The translations under genes and the position numbers were made by a program. A model generated the notes under the pieces. It was not told the origin of the DNA. It did not search any database and saw only the letters and a list, made by a program, of their open reading frames with translations. Positions 13,767 through 27,264 of a stretch of DNA of 64,000 nucleotides are shown one piece after another (the stretch's first letter is position 1; each line of letters opens with the position of its first letter). Source of the stretch: Balanoglossus misakiensis (taxonomy: Eukaryota; Animalia; Hemichordata); assembly GCA_040954595.2 (NCBI GenBank), contig CM082577.2:2232001-2296000 (forward strand), given 5' to 3'.

Positions 13767-16700
13767 ATGGAGCTAAGGGTCGGAAACAAATACCGTCTCG
13801 GTCGGAAGATCGGCAGTGGTTCTTTCGGTGACATCTACTTAGGTAAGGAATATTACATAGTCACTATTTCCTGGATTTTAGATAAATTTGTGTTTTCAAA
13901 ACAGAACAAGTCCGAGCCAGCTGTAATGGCCGAACGCCACGGCACAAGAGAGCTGATGCTTATTGTCATGATAATTTCTATGTTACTAGTTTTTGCTTTA
14001 TTACTGCGGACATGTATAACAAGGGTCCAATATTGATTATTTTCTTGTGCCTTTTTACAGGTACAAATATTACAAATGGCGAAGAGGTGGCAATAAAACT
14101 AGAATGTGTGAAAACAAAACACCCCCAACTTCACATCGAAAGCAAATTTTACAAAATGATGCAGGGAGGAGGTAAGTTATTTTTCTGTCGGTCCATAAAA
14201 TTTCTAGTCTTGACCAGCTTCGGGTGTCTCAGTTGGGCTTATTTGTTTTACATTTTCTGGCTGCCCCTGGTGATAAGTGGCCGTACGTCTGTATCGATGT
14301 CTGTACCGGGAGATCGATGACAGTTTGCCATGTCAAGTTTCAATTTCACCTTTTTTTGCCATTCAGGCTTGACTCGTTAGTTGCCTGCCTGTCGATCTAC
14401 CAAAAACGCAAGACTGACTAGTATTAGCATTTGTTCAAAGCAGTATTCTTATTATTTTCCTGAATAATATAAATATCGATACAAGAATTGGTATCATGGA
14501 AACGAAAAAAATATTTGAATTATTTACAGATTATGTTCATTTACATGAAATGTACATGTTACAATTGTCTGCAAGAGATCAATTTATAAAACACGATTCA
14601 CAGGCCCTTTGCTTGTTTGTAAAATTTCTCAGAATATACCATCACTTAGTCACAATTTCTTTTTTCAATTTGTACGAGGAGGTGCTTGTCTTTGATGAGT
14701 AATACTGCCTATTACACATGAATGACTGGCTGATCATTATTTATGTCCTGTTGTGGGAGATAGTGGTGTTCAATGTTGTTCAGAATATCTATGCTGGTTC
14801 CTGCCAATGTAAGATAAAACAATTTTCAAGGATATTTGTGACAAATTGTAAATCTGATAAAGGAAGTTACCCAACACAGCAATCAGTGAAGTGGGGTCAT
14901 TGACTGAATAGCAATGTTGGTGTTATGTTTTTTTTTAAAAACAGGACAATAACACAGTGCACAATGATGTCATCAAATTTTATTGCCGATCATGTCAACA
15001 AACATATGTACATGTGAGCAGTGCGTCACTAGTAGCTGCTGTTAATTTCTGTATTAAAATTTTATTCACTGCGAGATCTTTGACAGGGGCTAATAACTAG
15101 ACAGGGAATTTTGTTTATACACAAGATTTATGAGTAGACCCTGGTGTCAATTCTATCAACAGACCTATAATGACATTATCATTTTACACTTCCCAGTGCC
15201 ATTATCATTGAAATGGCAGTTTTGCTCTCCTTGACATTCTTAAAACACTGTATCTGAGAAACTCTGGGTCAGTCATAGCACAGAAATGGTATTAAAGATG
15301 TCGTGTGATGTCATAGTTGTCGTCTAAACCAAGGTGAATTGCAAAACACTAGCTTTGTTAACTCAGTGACTCAGCCATTTTGAATTTGACCACAGTTCAC
15401 AAAGTAGACAAGCTGTTCCTGGCAAACTGACTGGAAAGATGATATTCAATTAGGAGCTTTGTGATTTTTCTGAACATGGTGAACATATCCCCAGTGAGTG
15501 GTTTTCTCCTGCTGTGGTGTCAAAGAATCCTGTCCCCGATACAGTCTAATTTGTCTTTCCTTTGATTATTATCATAATGATAATTGGTGATTTATATTAA
15601 TTTTTAGAAATGGGAGGAGGCATTTTTTAGATGGATATTTTGTAAATTTTATACCATTGAAGTGCAGTCGTGAGAACGTGTTCAGTAATGCAGGTCAGCC
15701 AAGCTCATTAGTCATACTGACACCCCGTGTCCTCTGAAAACCGAATAAATTAGGCTTTGAATTTGCCATTGTCACCAAGGGGTATGCAAAAGTGTTTTGA
15801 GAAAAGAACAATAAACGGTTCAATTGTTTGTTAAAAAAAACTATCATAATAAACACTTTCACAAAATTAGCAGGAGTGACTGTTTATATACACCACAAAC
15901 TAAGCTATTGGTGGACAAAATCAGCATATTACTAAAAGGTATCATACTGTGTTAACAACTGTGAAATTATTAGACCGCGTATAAAATTGAACAAAGTGTG
16001 GTGGATGTTCAACAATCTGGCTTCAAAAAGAACGGTTCCCCCACAATATGTGTTGTCAATTTGCCAGTGTCAGATGTTGCCGTGGGCAAGGTCATTTGTG
16101 TCTGCACATTCTAACCCGATGGTGAGGATTTTGCTGCCCACAAATATCCGTAAAATTAAATTTCAATTCACGATTGTACAATCGGACCTCTATGAATTAG
16201 GGTTTCAACAATAAATTAACTGACGTTTGTACAAAGCTGTCTGTGTTTTACAAGTGGCCCCCCAACAGCCCTCTTCAGAGGCACCAGACGTGAGTCAGCC
16301 TTTTACAGGAGTGGAAGAAAACCTTTCAATACAAAAACGTTATTATTTCCCACTGAACACCATTCTAGTTTCTTTCACAGTGGCTATCTTGTCTTTGCAA
16401 ACCTTGTAGGTCACCTGGTCAACCTGCCTGTCAGTCAATTTGTATAACCTAATTTTTTTTTTAACATCCTTGGGAGCCATTGAATTCTTTGTTTCCTGTG
16501 CACCATAGAATCTGTCCCTTGAAGCGAATGATATGAGTTCAAAGGGAGACACCGGGTAGGGTTGCAAGACCCTTTGAACTGGACTGTTTATACATCCAGG
16601 TTGTGTCCAAGATGCCTGCACAGTTTGTATGTGTTTTGCCGTGGTACATGATGGATACAGAGGCCAAGTGATTGTGAAATAAATGGGCTTGAGAATTGTC

Positions 16701-19700
16701 TTTCCAGTTTACATGACCGTTACTTTCTATAACACACAGCCACCGTACGCTTTGTGTTATTTCAGCTCTGGTCAAGGTTCAGATTTTGAAACAATCTTGT
16801 GATAAGAAGTGAATGTGATAAGAAACGAAATGTTTATGTGTTTACATGTCTGGCCACAGTTGTTCAATTATGGCTGTTGCTATATTGGCTGAGGTCAGCT
16901 TCTTCTAGATCACTGCAGGCGTAGATTGAGTTCACATCATACCTGTTCATTCTCTTGTGCATATTAAAACCCCACCTGGTTATTAGGGAATATGTTCTTG
17001 ACAGCAGTTGGTAAAAACATGTGTTTTGTAGGGATGTTATTGACATCAGTTATGCACACATGTTCACTGACAATTTTTTTCTCTCTCTTTCTCGACAGTT
17101 GGCATCCCAACAATAAAATGGTGCGGTGCGGAAGGAGACTACAACGTCATGGTGATGGAACTTTTAGGTCCCAGCCTTGAAGACCTCTTTAACTTTTGTA
17201 CCAGGAAATTTAGCCTTAAAACAGTTTTACTCCTAGCAGATCAGTTGGTAAGTGTCACCTGTAGGAAGAGTGTGTATGGTTGTGCCCTGCCAAGGTCTGT
17301 TTATGGCCAGTGCAGAGAGATACGCACTATTAAATTATAGTATCACATTTCAATCAGCCATATGTTTGCAAAGGAAACAGTGAATTCCACGGTTTAAACT
17401 AGGTATAATGTGTCCCACTCTCTTCCTGTTGCATTGTCCGAGTGCCTTGTATGTTCAAGGACCAGTCGCTGCTAACGTCAGCTTTCTCCTCGTGCCAGCG
17501 TACGTGTAACTGTTGGAAACTGGATTGAATTACTGTCGGTTTTGAGTTTAGAGATGGTCATACAAGTTATCACAACTGTCGACCATCCATTATGAATGTC
17601 ATCAGTGCATATCAAAAAAGAAAAATGGAGTCAACTCAAAAATTTATGGATATTGCCTGACTCATGTTTTAAGAGATGTCAAGCCAGGCATATTCCCACG
17701 GATTTTGTCCGTAATTGTTGTTGGTTCATTGAATATGTGAAATTGTATCTTTTGTATGCAAATTAAAGGTCAGGTCACAGATGGTCTGAAATGTACACAG
17801 CACACAAGGGCAAATGGGTGGGGATTTCTTGACCCATTTCCCCAAGGGGGAAAGGAAAAAAAAACACTTTGGGAACCCCATGTGTGTTGTTGTGGTGTCT
17901 GAGAAGGTGTGAAAAGCTGGCATGGATGCAGTTGGATGATCAAAATAGTAATCCCAGACAGAAACATATCAGATTGACTGCCATGGATCTGATACAATGG
18001 CCTGCATTCTTGTGATAATACGCTTAGTGAGGCTGAAATTCCAAGTGTGTGTATCACCGAGGTTGGTCTTTCCCAGAGTTGCAAGGGTTTTTCAAAATCT
18101 TTGAGAATCAGTTTCTCCATTCTCATATTTTGCCGCTATCAGCCTCTTTTCCGAAGCATGAAAACGCGCAGCGGAAAACCTGATAAAGTAACCAAAATAT
18201 AAGGTTCACTGGACTGACCTGCAGACCCCAAATGATCCCTTTGGGATCATTGTCCGTATCGCATGTCACTGCCGAATGATAGGCTTGGTATTGAATGTTT
18301 GTGTTTGAGCAGATCATAACATTTGATCGCAGTTTGGAAACACTGGTGTTCAGTCTAGTGTGAAAACTGTTGTGCGAAGGGTCAGTGCGCTAATGGATGT
18401 TTCGATATTTCAGAGCAATTTATCAAGGTTTTATTATCTTTTCATAAGTCTCCCTCATGAACTAGCGTAGCAAGAAAAGATATGAAACCGACAGTGTCCT
18501 GTGGAAATGTAAATATTGTTAAACTTGCAGGGTTTTGGAACCTGGTAACTTAGCGTGTTCCAGTGCATTGCACATACTGATGGGTCGTTTCATTTTGCAG
18601 CTTATATTTTTAGTTTGTCCAGGTAATTTAATTAGGGTGGACCTAAGCATTGTTCAGATGATGTGAAAGGCTTTACATGTTATGCAGTGCCTGGCTTCAG
18701 TATCTCTTTTGAACACCCCTTGCCCTGCGAACATAATACAGGCACAATTGAGCTCACAACGAAGCCCCTGTAGCAGTGCTTTTGTATAATGCTGGCATGG
18801 AACAAAACTTAGTGTGCTGAAATAATGACTATCGTGTCTGTATGTCGAACGGATTTTTAGTATCCATCCGACTGAATGCACAACAGCCAACAGCCAGCCT
18901 AGAATAGTATCTGCACGTTCAATGAAAATTTGGATAGAATATTCACAGCTTTCAGAAGGCTGAAGTTGTCTTAGTTTCACCCAAGCTGAAATTTTGCCTT
19001 CCATATTTCAATAAGGTTATTATTTTCCGGTGTCAGTAGCAGTTTCTGCCAAGGGCCCGAGCCCATACTTTTGCTTTGTAGTCTCAGCATTGACGGGGAC
19101 TCAGTTCCCAGAACTTTCATCAGGTTTCAATATGGCCTGAAGGTTCACAAGAAAATAATCAGCCCAGTATCAATTATGTATTCGCCACACAGAGTTTTTG
19201 CTTGTGTTGTACTTGGGGGGAAAATTTGTACATGATGCAGCATGCATGTTTTTACTGCATTTCAAAAATAGCTCTCGCCTGAAATCTCGGAACACATAAT
19301 GACTCGCATTAATAATGCAGACGTAATCAAAATATTTTGGTTCATCGTGTTCGAGTTGTATGCATGCACCTTGAGGCTGGACTTGCTCATGTACGAGCAC
19401 CATCAAATTTCGACAGCGGTTTTGCAGATCGTCTTCAATTCAGTTTTTGGTTTCTATTTCTGTCCACAGATCAGCAGGATTGAATACATTCACTCCAAGA
19501 ACTTCATCCACCGCGATGTCAAGCCAGACAATTTCCTCATGGGGCTGGGTAAAAAAGGCAATCTTGTATATATTATAGACTTTGGGTTAGCCAAGAAGTA
19601 CAGAGACGCAAGAACACATCAACACATACCCTACAGGGAAAACAAAAATCTTACAGGCACAGCCAGATACGCTAGCATCAATACACATTTAGGAATAGGT

Positions 19701-22700
19701 AAGTTACACCTATGTTTCTACTTGGCATTCAAGGGATGAAAATTCCATCAGCTCGTAATAATGTCACCAATGCTAAAAATAGTTCCACACTGCATTGCAT
19801 GTGATCAGTTAAGGCTGGACTCCTCTGGCTCGCACATTATTTGCGACAAATATATTGTACTGACCTGGGACAAACGTGGCATTATATAACTAGGATTATG
19901 GTATTTTTTTCTATAAAATTTAAAATAAATGTTACTCTAATTCAGAGTGCTGTTGACAATACTGATAATGGTTTTTAGACTCTTATGAACAAAATATACA
20001 GATTGGTGAAAAATGTTGCTCTGTTGACCAGTATTGTAACTAAATAGTGAGTCGAAAAATAATCCAAAAAGAGCCATTGGTGACAGTTGTGTCAATAATG
20101 AAAAAAAAAATGTGTTGTGTGTAAGAAAAAGGCATATTTCTAAATGTTGGCTCCAGGTAGTTGATTTAAAAATTTTCCTGGATAATTTGTCTGAACCTGC
20201 AGTGAGTGTCTCAGTTTGAGTTTGTGCTCCTCAATGGAACCCTGCGCAGTCAATGAGCCTGTATTTGTTTAGATCTAAACCTGAACCACTCCCTAATGAT
20301 GGGCTATTGAGTCTGGATTTAGGCAGGGTCATTGTCCTGACCCGTAGACAATGGACGTCTCGTGGTGCACTGCACAAGTGTGTACATCAAGAGATTATTC
20401 TTTGCATGATAGGGTTGCTCAAATCACTAACAATTGTAATTGAGTCTTTTATTGGGATGGGGGGGGGGGGTGAGTAAAGGTACATGCTTGTCCGACATAA
20501 ACCACTTTACCGATGGAATTGGACAAAACCAGCTTATACATGTTTTCCCCTGTCTTCTGTCCAGAGCAAAGTCGACGGGATGATTTGGAATCACTGGGTT
20601 ACATGCTTATGTACTACAATCTGGGAAGTCTACCATGGCAGGGTCTGAAAGCAGCCACAAAGAGGCAAAAATACGAGAGGATAAGTGAAAAGAAGATGTC
20701 CACACCGATTGAAGTGCTTTGTAAAGGTTTTCCATGTAGGTGTTGACTTGCATGCAGGATCTGGGAATATTTTCACTTTCTTCGATATTCCTTCTTTTTC
20801 CTTCCTTCCATCCCTTTTCCCCTAAACCCTGTCTCCGGTTCTCATGTTCTCTCATCTGTTCTAACATTCATCTCTTTAATGCCTGATTCACACACTACAT
20901 ATAACACTTCTGGTTTTTTTCTCTGTTTTTTTTTTCTGTCCAACAGCCGAGTTTGCAACATACCTGAATTACACTCGGTCATTACGCTTTGACGAGAAGC
21001 CCGACTACTCCTATCTCCGGCAACTTTTTCGCAATCTATTCCATAGGCAAGGTTTCACATATGACTACGTCTTTGATTGGAACTTGCTTAAGTTTGTAAG
21101 TATTTCCGTTCCCGCTAATTTCAGTTGTTTTGTATTTGGTCTGTCCCTACTTCTACAGCTGAGTTTGCCACATACCTGAATTACGTCCGATCCTTGGGCT
21201 TTGAAGACAAGCCTGACTATTCCTATCTACGACAACTCTTCCGAAATCTCTTCCATAGAAAAGGTTTCACCTATGACTATGTGTTTGATTGGAACATCCT
21301 CAAACTCAATGTAAGTACTCGATTTCTTATGGTGGCCCAACCGAACACACAAAAAAGTGGAGAGAGAAAAAAACGGCTCCCGGTGTGATCCACACGTACA
21401 CTTGGTGAAGGGTTTTTTTTGGAGATGTTAAAACGTGAGTAGTGGTGAACTTGGCAATGTGTCTCTTGTTTGGCGTACTAATGGCTTTTCTGGACGTGTT
21501 AGTGGCAGTCCCCTCATACCTTGATACAGCGTGTGAGAATGGTCCACTCACATGCCCAAGGGTCACCAACAGGTAGGGGAACCTCACTGTGGTAGTGTGA
21601 GCACACTCTTCCTGTCATGCTTTGCTTTTGTGTACTTGCATGGCGCAATCCCCACACTGTGTTTTGGTAACACAGGGTTCATGCAGTCCTGAAAATTTGC
21701 CCCGTAAGAGTCCTTGAAAAGCATCAGTCCTGAAATGTGACTGGTGACAGTTTTCAGCCTAGGTTTAGCAGCGGGGTTGCCCAACCTCTCATCAGGTGTT
21801 TGGAAAACTTGCTGCCTGACACTACTGGAATTAGACAGCGGAAACTAATGAAAACTCATGAACATAACAATAAATTGCAATGTTATGCAAATTGGTCCTC
21901 ACACTGAATTCTCTGGGAAAATATCGAGACATTTCTATCTATCCAAAGCTGTGAAGTTTCCTTCCAAAAATTCAAAATCTATGAGAAGCAGATTCAAAAG
22001 TCCTGACGGTGCAGTTGAATGGACCCTATATGCATGAACAACACATGCTTAGCCTTTCACTTGTGTGCTCTGGACACTTTTCTTTGATCCAATCATTATT
22101 TGTCATATTGCATGACTGTGTTATTCACCCCTACCCGCCCCTGGTATTGGTGTCGAACACTTCAGATGGGTGTGTGTGTGTGAAATGCACTGTCTTCTTT
22201 TTTACCCCCTCACAGGGAGGCGGCAGTAGGGGTCACCACGCGGAAGACGACAGGAGAGACCGCGAAGACCGACACCACCCTCGGAGTTCCACCACCCGGG
22301 CCCTAGCAGGCACAGCCAAACTAAAACAGGACACAGGGCCAATGCCAATGGGTGCAGGCGCACCAAGCCCTGCCCCTGGTAAGTTGTCACACCCCAAGCA
22401 GAAACACAACTGGGGGTGGTTGTAAAAAATAATGTCGTCGTCACCTGCCTGAGCCCTGTAGCTTCCTGTACCTCATCAATGTGTTTTGTCATTTCTAAAA
22501 TCATTACTAGAACTTGTACCATTCAGTGTAGGTCCACCACTGTGTGACTGCAATTTTCTAACTTTGATTACATTTTCCTCACTCTGTATAACCGGCCATG
22601 CTATCTTTTTTGTGTCCATCTTTTGTCTCCTGTAATATTACATCTTGTCTTTCATCCAAATGTTTTCTGTCAATTTTCTCCCTCCTACTGCAATTTAGAA

Positions 22701-24175
22701 AAGGTCAAGCTACCAGAAAGTTCTCTTTACACCTAAAGCAAGCATTTTTCACAAAAATATCAGCTTACACCCGATCTTTAGTATTAAAGCTTGAAATAAT
22801 AATGTCTTGGCTAATGAACAAAAGATGTACACAAATTTTGCAGCCATCATGAAAGTTTAAAAGTGAACAATGGTGATTTTTTAAGACAAAATTGCAGTAG
22901 AAGGGAGAGAGTTCAGCCTTTCTTTGAGAGTTAATCATGACATTGAGAAACTTGATCTTCTCATTTTTGGTGCATGTCTATTCCACCATAGGACTCGGTG
23001 CTAGTAATGACCCAACTGTAGGCTGTAGTAGAACTAAACCCACTAACAGACACAAACCACATGAATCCCGAAGTGGAAGGAATAGAGTCGCGCTTCCCGA
23101 TACGCACCATGACTAATCAACACGAGCTAGGGATAAAAAGAGACAGGTCTCACACTTTCTTCTTCGGACGGTCTTGTGTTCCTTGAATGTCTGTTTTTCA
23201 GTCAAAAAAACAGGAATTTCTTATGTAGTATATTTTAAATGTCAAAGTCAGGTATTCCAATCTTTCTGAGAACAAAAATATTAGATATAGCAGTACAAGA
23301 AAATATGTACACATCTGTCAATCATTCATGTCACATAGTTACTTAATCACAACCACTGTGGGCACTAGTCAGTAATTGTGTTGCTTTTTGTACTTGCGTA
23401 CAGTTATCATACAATATCGTGTTGGAACTGGAAAATTACTTTATTGTGCTTGTATCAAGTCTTTGTTTTGCTATTATTCAGTCGCCAATCTGTAAGAAAC
23501 TTGATCACTTTTGTACATTTTGACCCATTCAGGCTGGTAATCATACTCAAATTTTACAAGATTCGGGCCTGAGAGAGTTTTATAAGTGAATGATTTCGTT
23601 TGTACGTTTTCTTCAAATTTCATACCATGTTTTTTTATTTTCAAACAAATATTGTAGAAATAGGACAAGGTGTCTTTTAAAGATATGTTTTGAACATTTG
23701 AACCAATGAGATACTTTCTGTCCAAACACTGTTGTATGATGGCCGTAGGATTACACTGTCCAAAGCTTCACTTCTTTCCATTTTGTGTTTTTGTCCGTTT
23801 GGAGTGCTTTATTCGCTTCATTATCTGTGTGTCCTCTTTCAAATCTCCGCGTGCCCCCCTCTCCATGGCACAGACAACAACAAGGCAATATTTTGTACAT
23901 GGTCCCTTTTATCGCTTTTACATTACTCAGCCAATCCATCTTCCCGTCCAGTGTCACGAGCGGAGGCGCAGCGCAACGTCAGCCGTCGACTACACCGAGG
24001 GGTGCCACCCATATCCAGCGCCGACCCCCTGAGACGAGAGCCAACGAGGATGTCGGCGTCGTACGTCATCATGAACGGAATGGGAAGTGGACCGATCCGA
24101 CCCGAGACCTCTCTGAAAGACAGGGAACCTGACACTACGGCCAGGTCATCGTCCTCGAGATATCTCAAGAAATGA
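13767..24175 (+). CDS. CSNK1D: Casein kinase I delta/epsilon ortholog, about 430 aa. Exons 13767-13842, 14061-14171, 17099-17247, 19470-19698, 20565-20735, [20947-21095 OR 21159-21310], 22216-22378, 23931-24175
   Basis: [86 protein letters not shown]. The tail [23 protein letters not shown] resembles the CK1delta [23 protein letters not shown]. Exon sizes 76/111/149/229/171/149 match the vertebrate CSNK1D/E structure as I recall it. Probably the single pro-ortholog of CSNK1D and CSNK1E. Confidence 0.97.
20947..21095 (+). other. CK1 exon 6a (first copy of a tandemly duplicated exon)
   Basis: ccaacag|CCGAG...AAGTTT|gtaagt, 149 nt, encoding (S)[49 protein letters not shown]. Confidence 0.92.
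21159..21310 (+). other. CK1 exon 6b (second copy, putative mutually exclusive exon)
   Basis: tctacag|CTGAG...CTCAAT|gtaagt, 152 nt, same intron phases as 6a, encoding (S)[50 protein letters not shown]. Confidence 0.9.
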
Positions 24176-26214
24176 GCAAGATGCGCCCAGGGAGTTTCTT
24201 TTCCGCTGTCCGGGAATCCCGAAGAAGGAGACTTATAAATACTATTTAAAATTAAAGACGAGTTGCGTAAAACAATAAATTTCGCAGACAAGCTCAAGGC
24301 ATCCAAGACAATTTGATAAATTATTACTGTGATACCAGTGTGTTTTTGAGGCTTTGGAGGTTTTTACCTGTGAAAAAAACCGAACAGAAAAGAAAAAGCC
24401 GAGAAGCTCACTTGGCAAACACTCGTGTATACAAATATATATTTTCCTGAAACACATTGGATCGTCACTGTCACTTGATACCTACAATAAACGAGTGTGG
24501 ACGCTGTACGCTCTCATTGACAGAGGAAGTGTGTTTTATTTTTTAAAAGCCAAGAAGCTTCTGCGTGTGGAATTTCTTCCAGGAGAACATATGCTTACAT
24601 AAAACCCTGTGGCCAGTGTGTGTGCGCAGATCTCATGGACTCTTCACAATCATCCCCAAAGTGACAGGGAACAGAACACTTTACTGGGACTGCACTTGGA
24701 ATCCTCTGTCTTAAGTTTGTGACTTTCATGTATCTGTGCTGAAAGTTTTCAGTCCTTATTTTCAGAGACCTTTTGATACACCGACATGTGTTGTATGTTG
24801 AGTTCTTCATCCGCTGGACATGATATACCGACACTTTACACAGACTTTTTTTTTGAGAATCCTGTGCTCTCTCCTGCCCTTCTCCCCTTTTGTGTACCAT
24901 TTTTTGTGTGAGATAAATGTAAATATATGAAAAAAAAGCACTTGCATGTTGTCTGTGGTAGGATCACTGTGTCCCCAGATGAAAAAAAAAAATTATGGAA
25001 TTAAAAAATAATAATTAAGACTCTTTTGTCCGTGTTGTCAAGATAAAAGAAATGAAGGGTTTATTTTGTACGTCTGAGCTTGGTCAAGAAAAGAAAATTG
25101 ACTAAAGTTTTCTGCTGATTATGTCTTCTGAGATTTTTGTAGGATTATCGACAAAGCCGGGGGCTTGTTGTTGAAGGGTTTTTGCCCATGGTGGTGGTGC
25201 AAAAGAGGGTTGCACCTATGTCAAGGCGTCACAAGTAGTCATCCCACACACCAGCAGTGCACACAGCTTTAAGTGTAATCCCAGACAGACAATTCTGAAC
25301 AGTCATCTCTGGTCTAGAGCATTTTCATCAGCCGAATCGTATCAAAAAAGGAAAATGCTACCGAAAATAAATGCAAAGTCGACAGCTGAAAGCGCTGGGA
25401 ATTCAAAACGATTTCCCAACAAAAACTGTGTCTTTATTTTTTCATTTCAATCTACAGTAATTGTTCAGGGTTTTTTTATTGCTACACAGTACACATTGGA
25501 GAAAAGACTTCAGCATATCTCAAAACAAAGACTATTTTGTTGAAGTGTACAATTTTGTGAGATCTGTCATATACTGGTTAGTGTGTTGTGTGTCCAGTCT
25601 TCATTGTCATGTTAATGTATGTATATACCAACACAGTGGTTCTACCACCTCCACTAATGTTCATAATTATGTGTGTTTAGTAAAATATAGATATAGACCA
25701 ACCCCCTGCTTCGTTTTAATATTGTTTTTACTCTCTCAAGATTCTTTATAGATCTCCGATGATGTCCTCATTTCATTTGTGGTGATTTATTTTCCTTACA
25801 GTACTTTCATTTGTATCTTGAAAATTTCTTCTTCTTTTTTGCTTTGTCCTAGTTCTCTAAATAAAGAATAAAACTGTACAGCATTTCCATAAAATAATTT
25901 GTTGGTGGTAGCGTATTTTTATCTGGCTGTGCAAAATTACTCACCCAGAGGGTCAAATCAAAATTTTAGAATCCACTTCAAAAATATGGCCAGTGGAATC
26001 AGCATGTGCCCTGGAAAGGATCAGAATTTTGGTTTAGAATTTATAGCAGATCAGACCACATTTATATGTTTACAGTAAAGTCCAGTGTCCTTCACTCAAG
26101 ACATGTGGCCTGAGTCGGGGTGTATATACAGAGGTCATTCTTGATTTGGGTTTGTTTGTTCAACACCAAACTGTACAACAGTGTACAAGGATCCTCTATC
26201 ACCCCTGTGGATGT

Positions 26215-26307
26215 TGAACCCTTTCACCCCCATATCCCTCTTTAGAGGTCTCGCCTTACCATAGAAAACAATGGGTTTGAACTGAACTCTGGTGGTGAAA
26301 GCGTTAA
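26215..26307. mobile_element. Short (~93 bp) piggyBac-like MITE remnant
   Basis: Left end tgaa|CCCTTTCACCCC, right end GTGGTGAAAGCG|ttaa. These are imperfect TIRs with a TTAA-type target and CCC terminus, lying between the convergent CK1 and BUD31 3' ends. Confidence 0.55.
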
Positions 26308-27264
26308 TAGGGAATCACAAGACATGGTTTATATTGGTACTAGTATATCAAGCAAAAGACTAATGGTAGTTCAGCGAGGTCTGCCCCATTACTCTGTGAA
26401 GTGATGTCATTCTGGTAGTGCAGTGCTTTGTGTGCAAATTTCTAACATTTAAATGACCAGCAACATTCTATGGTGTTCATCAAGGCCACTCTCCATTGCA
26501 ATTTATACACACTGATGGACCTTTTCACAAAACTTGTTTCCTGTGACCCCCATGTTTAAAAAGTCCTTTGCAAATAGACGGTGAAAAGGGTAAAGGCTGA
26601 TCTGCTTTTAAAAAAAGCAATTTGAAACCCCATGTAAGTGAAGTGTAAAAATGTGACCAGCTTTTGGCACTCCAATGGCAAGGCCTCCAGGACATGCAGA
26701 GGCCAAGGAGAACTAATTTGCATGTCAGTTGATGAAATCGAAATTGTTTACAACCACTGAATGGATCTGCCAATCAAAATGACGCCAACAATCGAGACCT
26801 GCCACCGAAGGACAACCTGTCCGAATCTGATTGGTGAGGGCGCCCTTCAATACAGGGTTCCTGGAAGACATCACAAGATTGAACATCTCTGATTGGAAAG
26901 TGGCAATAACCCTACCAAACCTCAATGTACTGTTCCCAGGTGTGGTGCAGCAGTGAAACATCGATAAAACGTACAATTTCAAAAGACCTTTATTTTTTCA
27001 TATGCCTTTAAAAACATACGACACGCATATACAACAAAATATGACTTGAAATAAAATGAAACTTTCCACAAGTACGGTAATAAAGAATCTGCTGCAATTG
27101 GCAGTACTATCGGACACAAGTCTGTTGTGGTAATGATCCCATACACAGTTCAACATAGAATGGATGCGAGGATGATGTCTTGTTGACTGCTGGAGGCATT
27201 TCTTCATGTTTCTCCAAGTAAGAAGTGCTATTTTGTAAGAATTCCATCCACTCGTCAGCACTGA

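Noticed and set aside
23732-24306. Several overlapping ORFs of 108-147 aa
   Set aside because: Explained by CK1 last exon 23931-24175 plus intron read-in and antisense frames.
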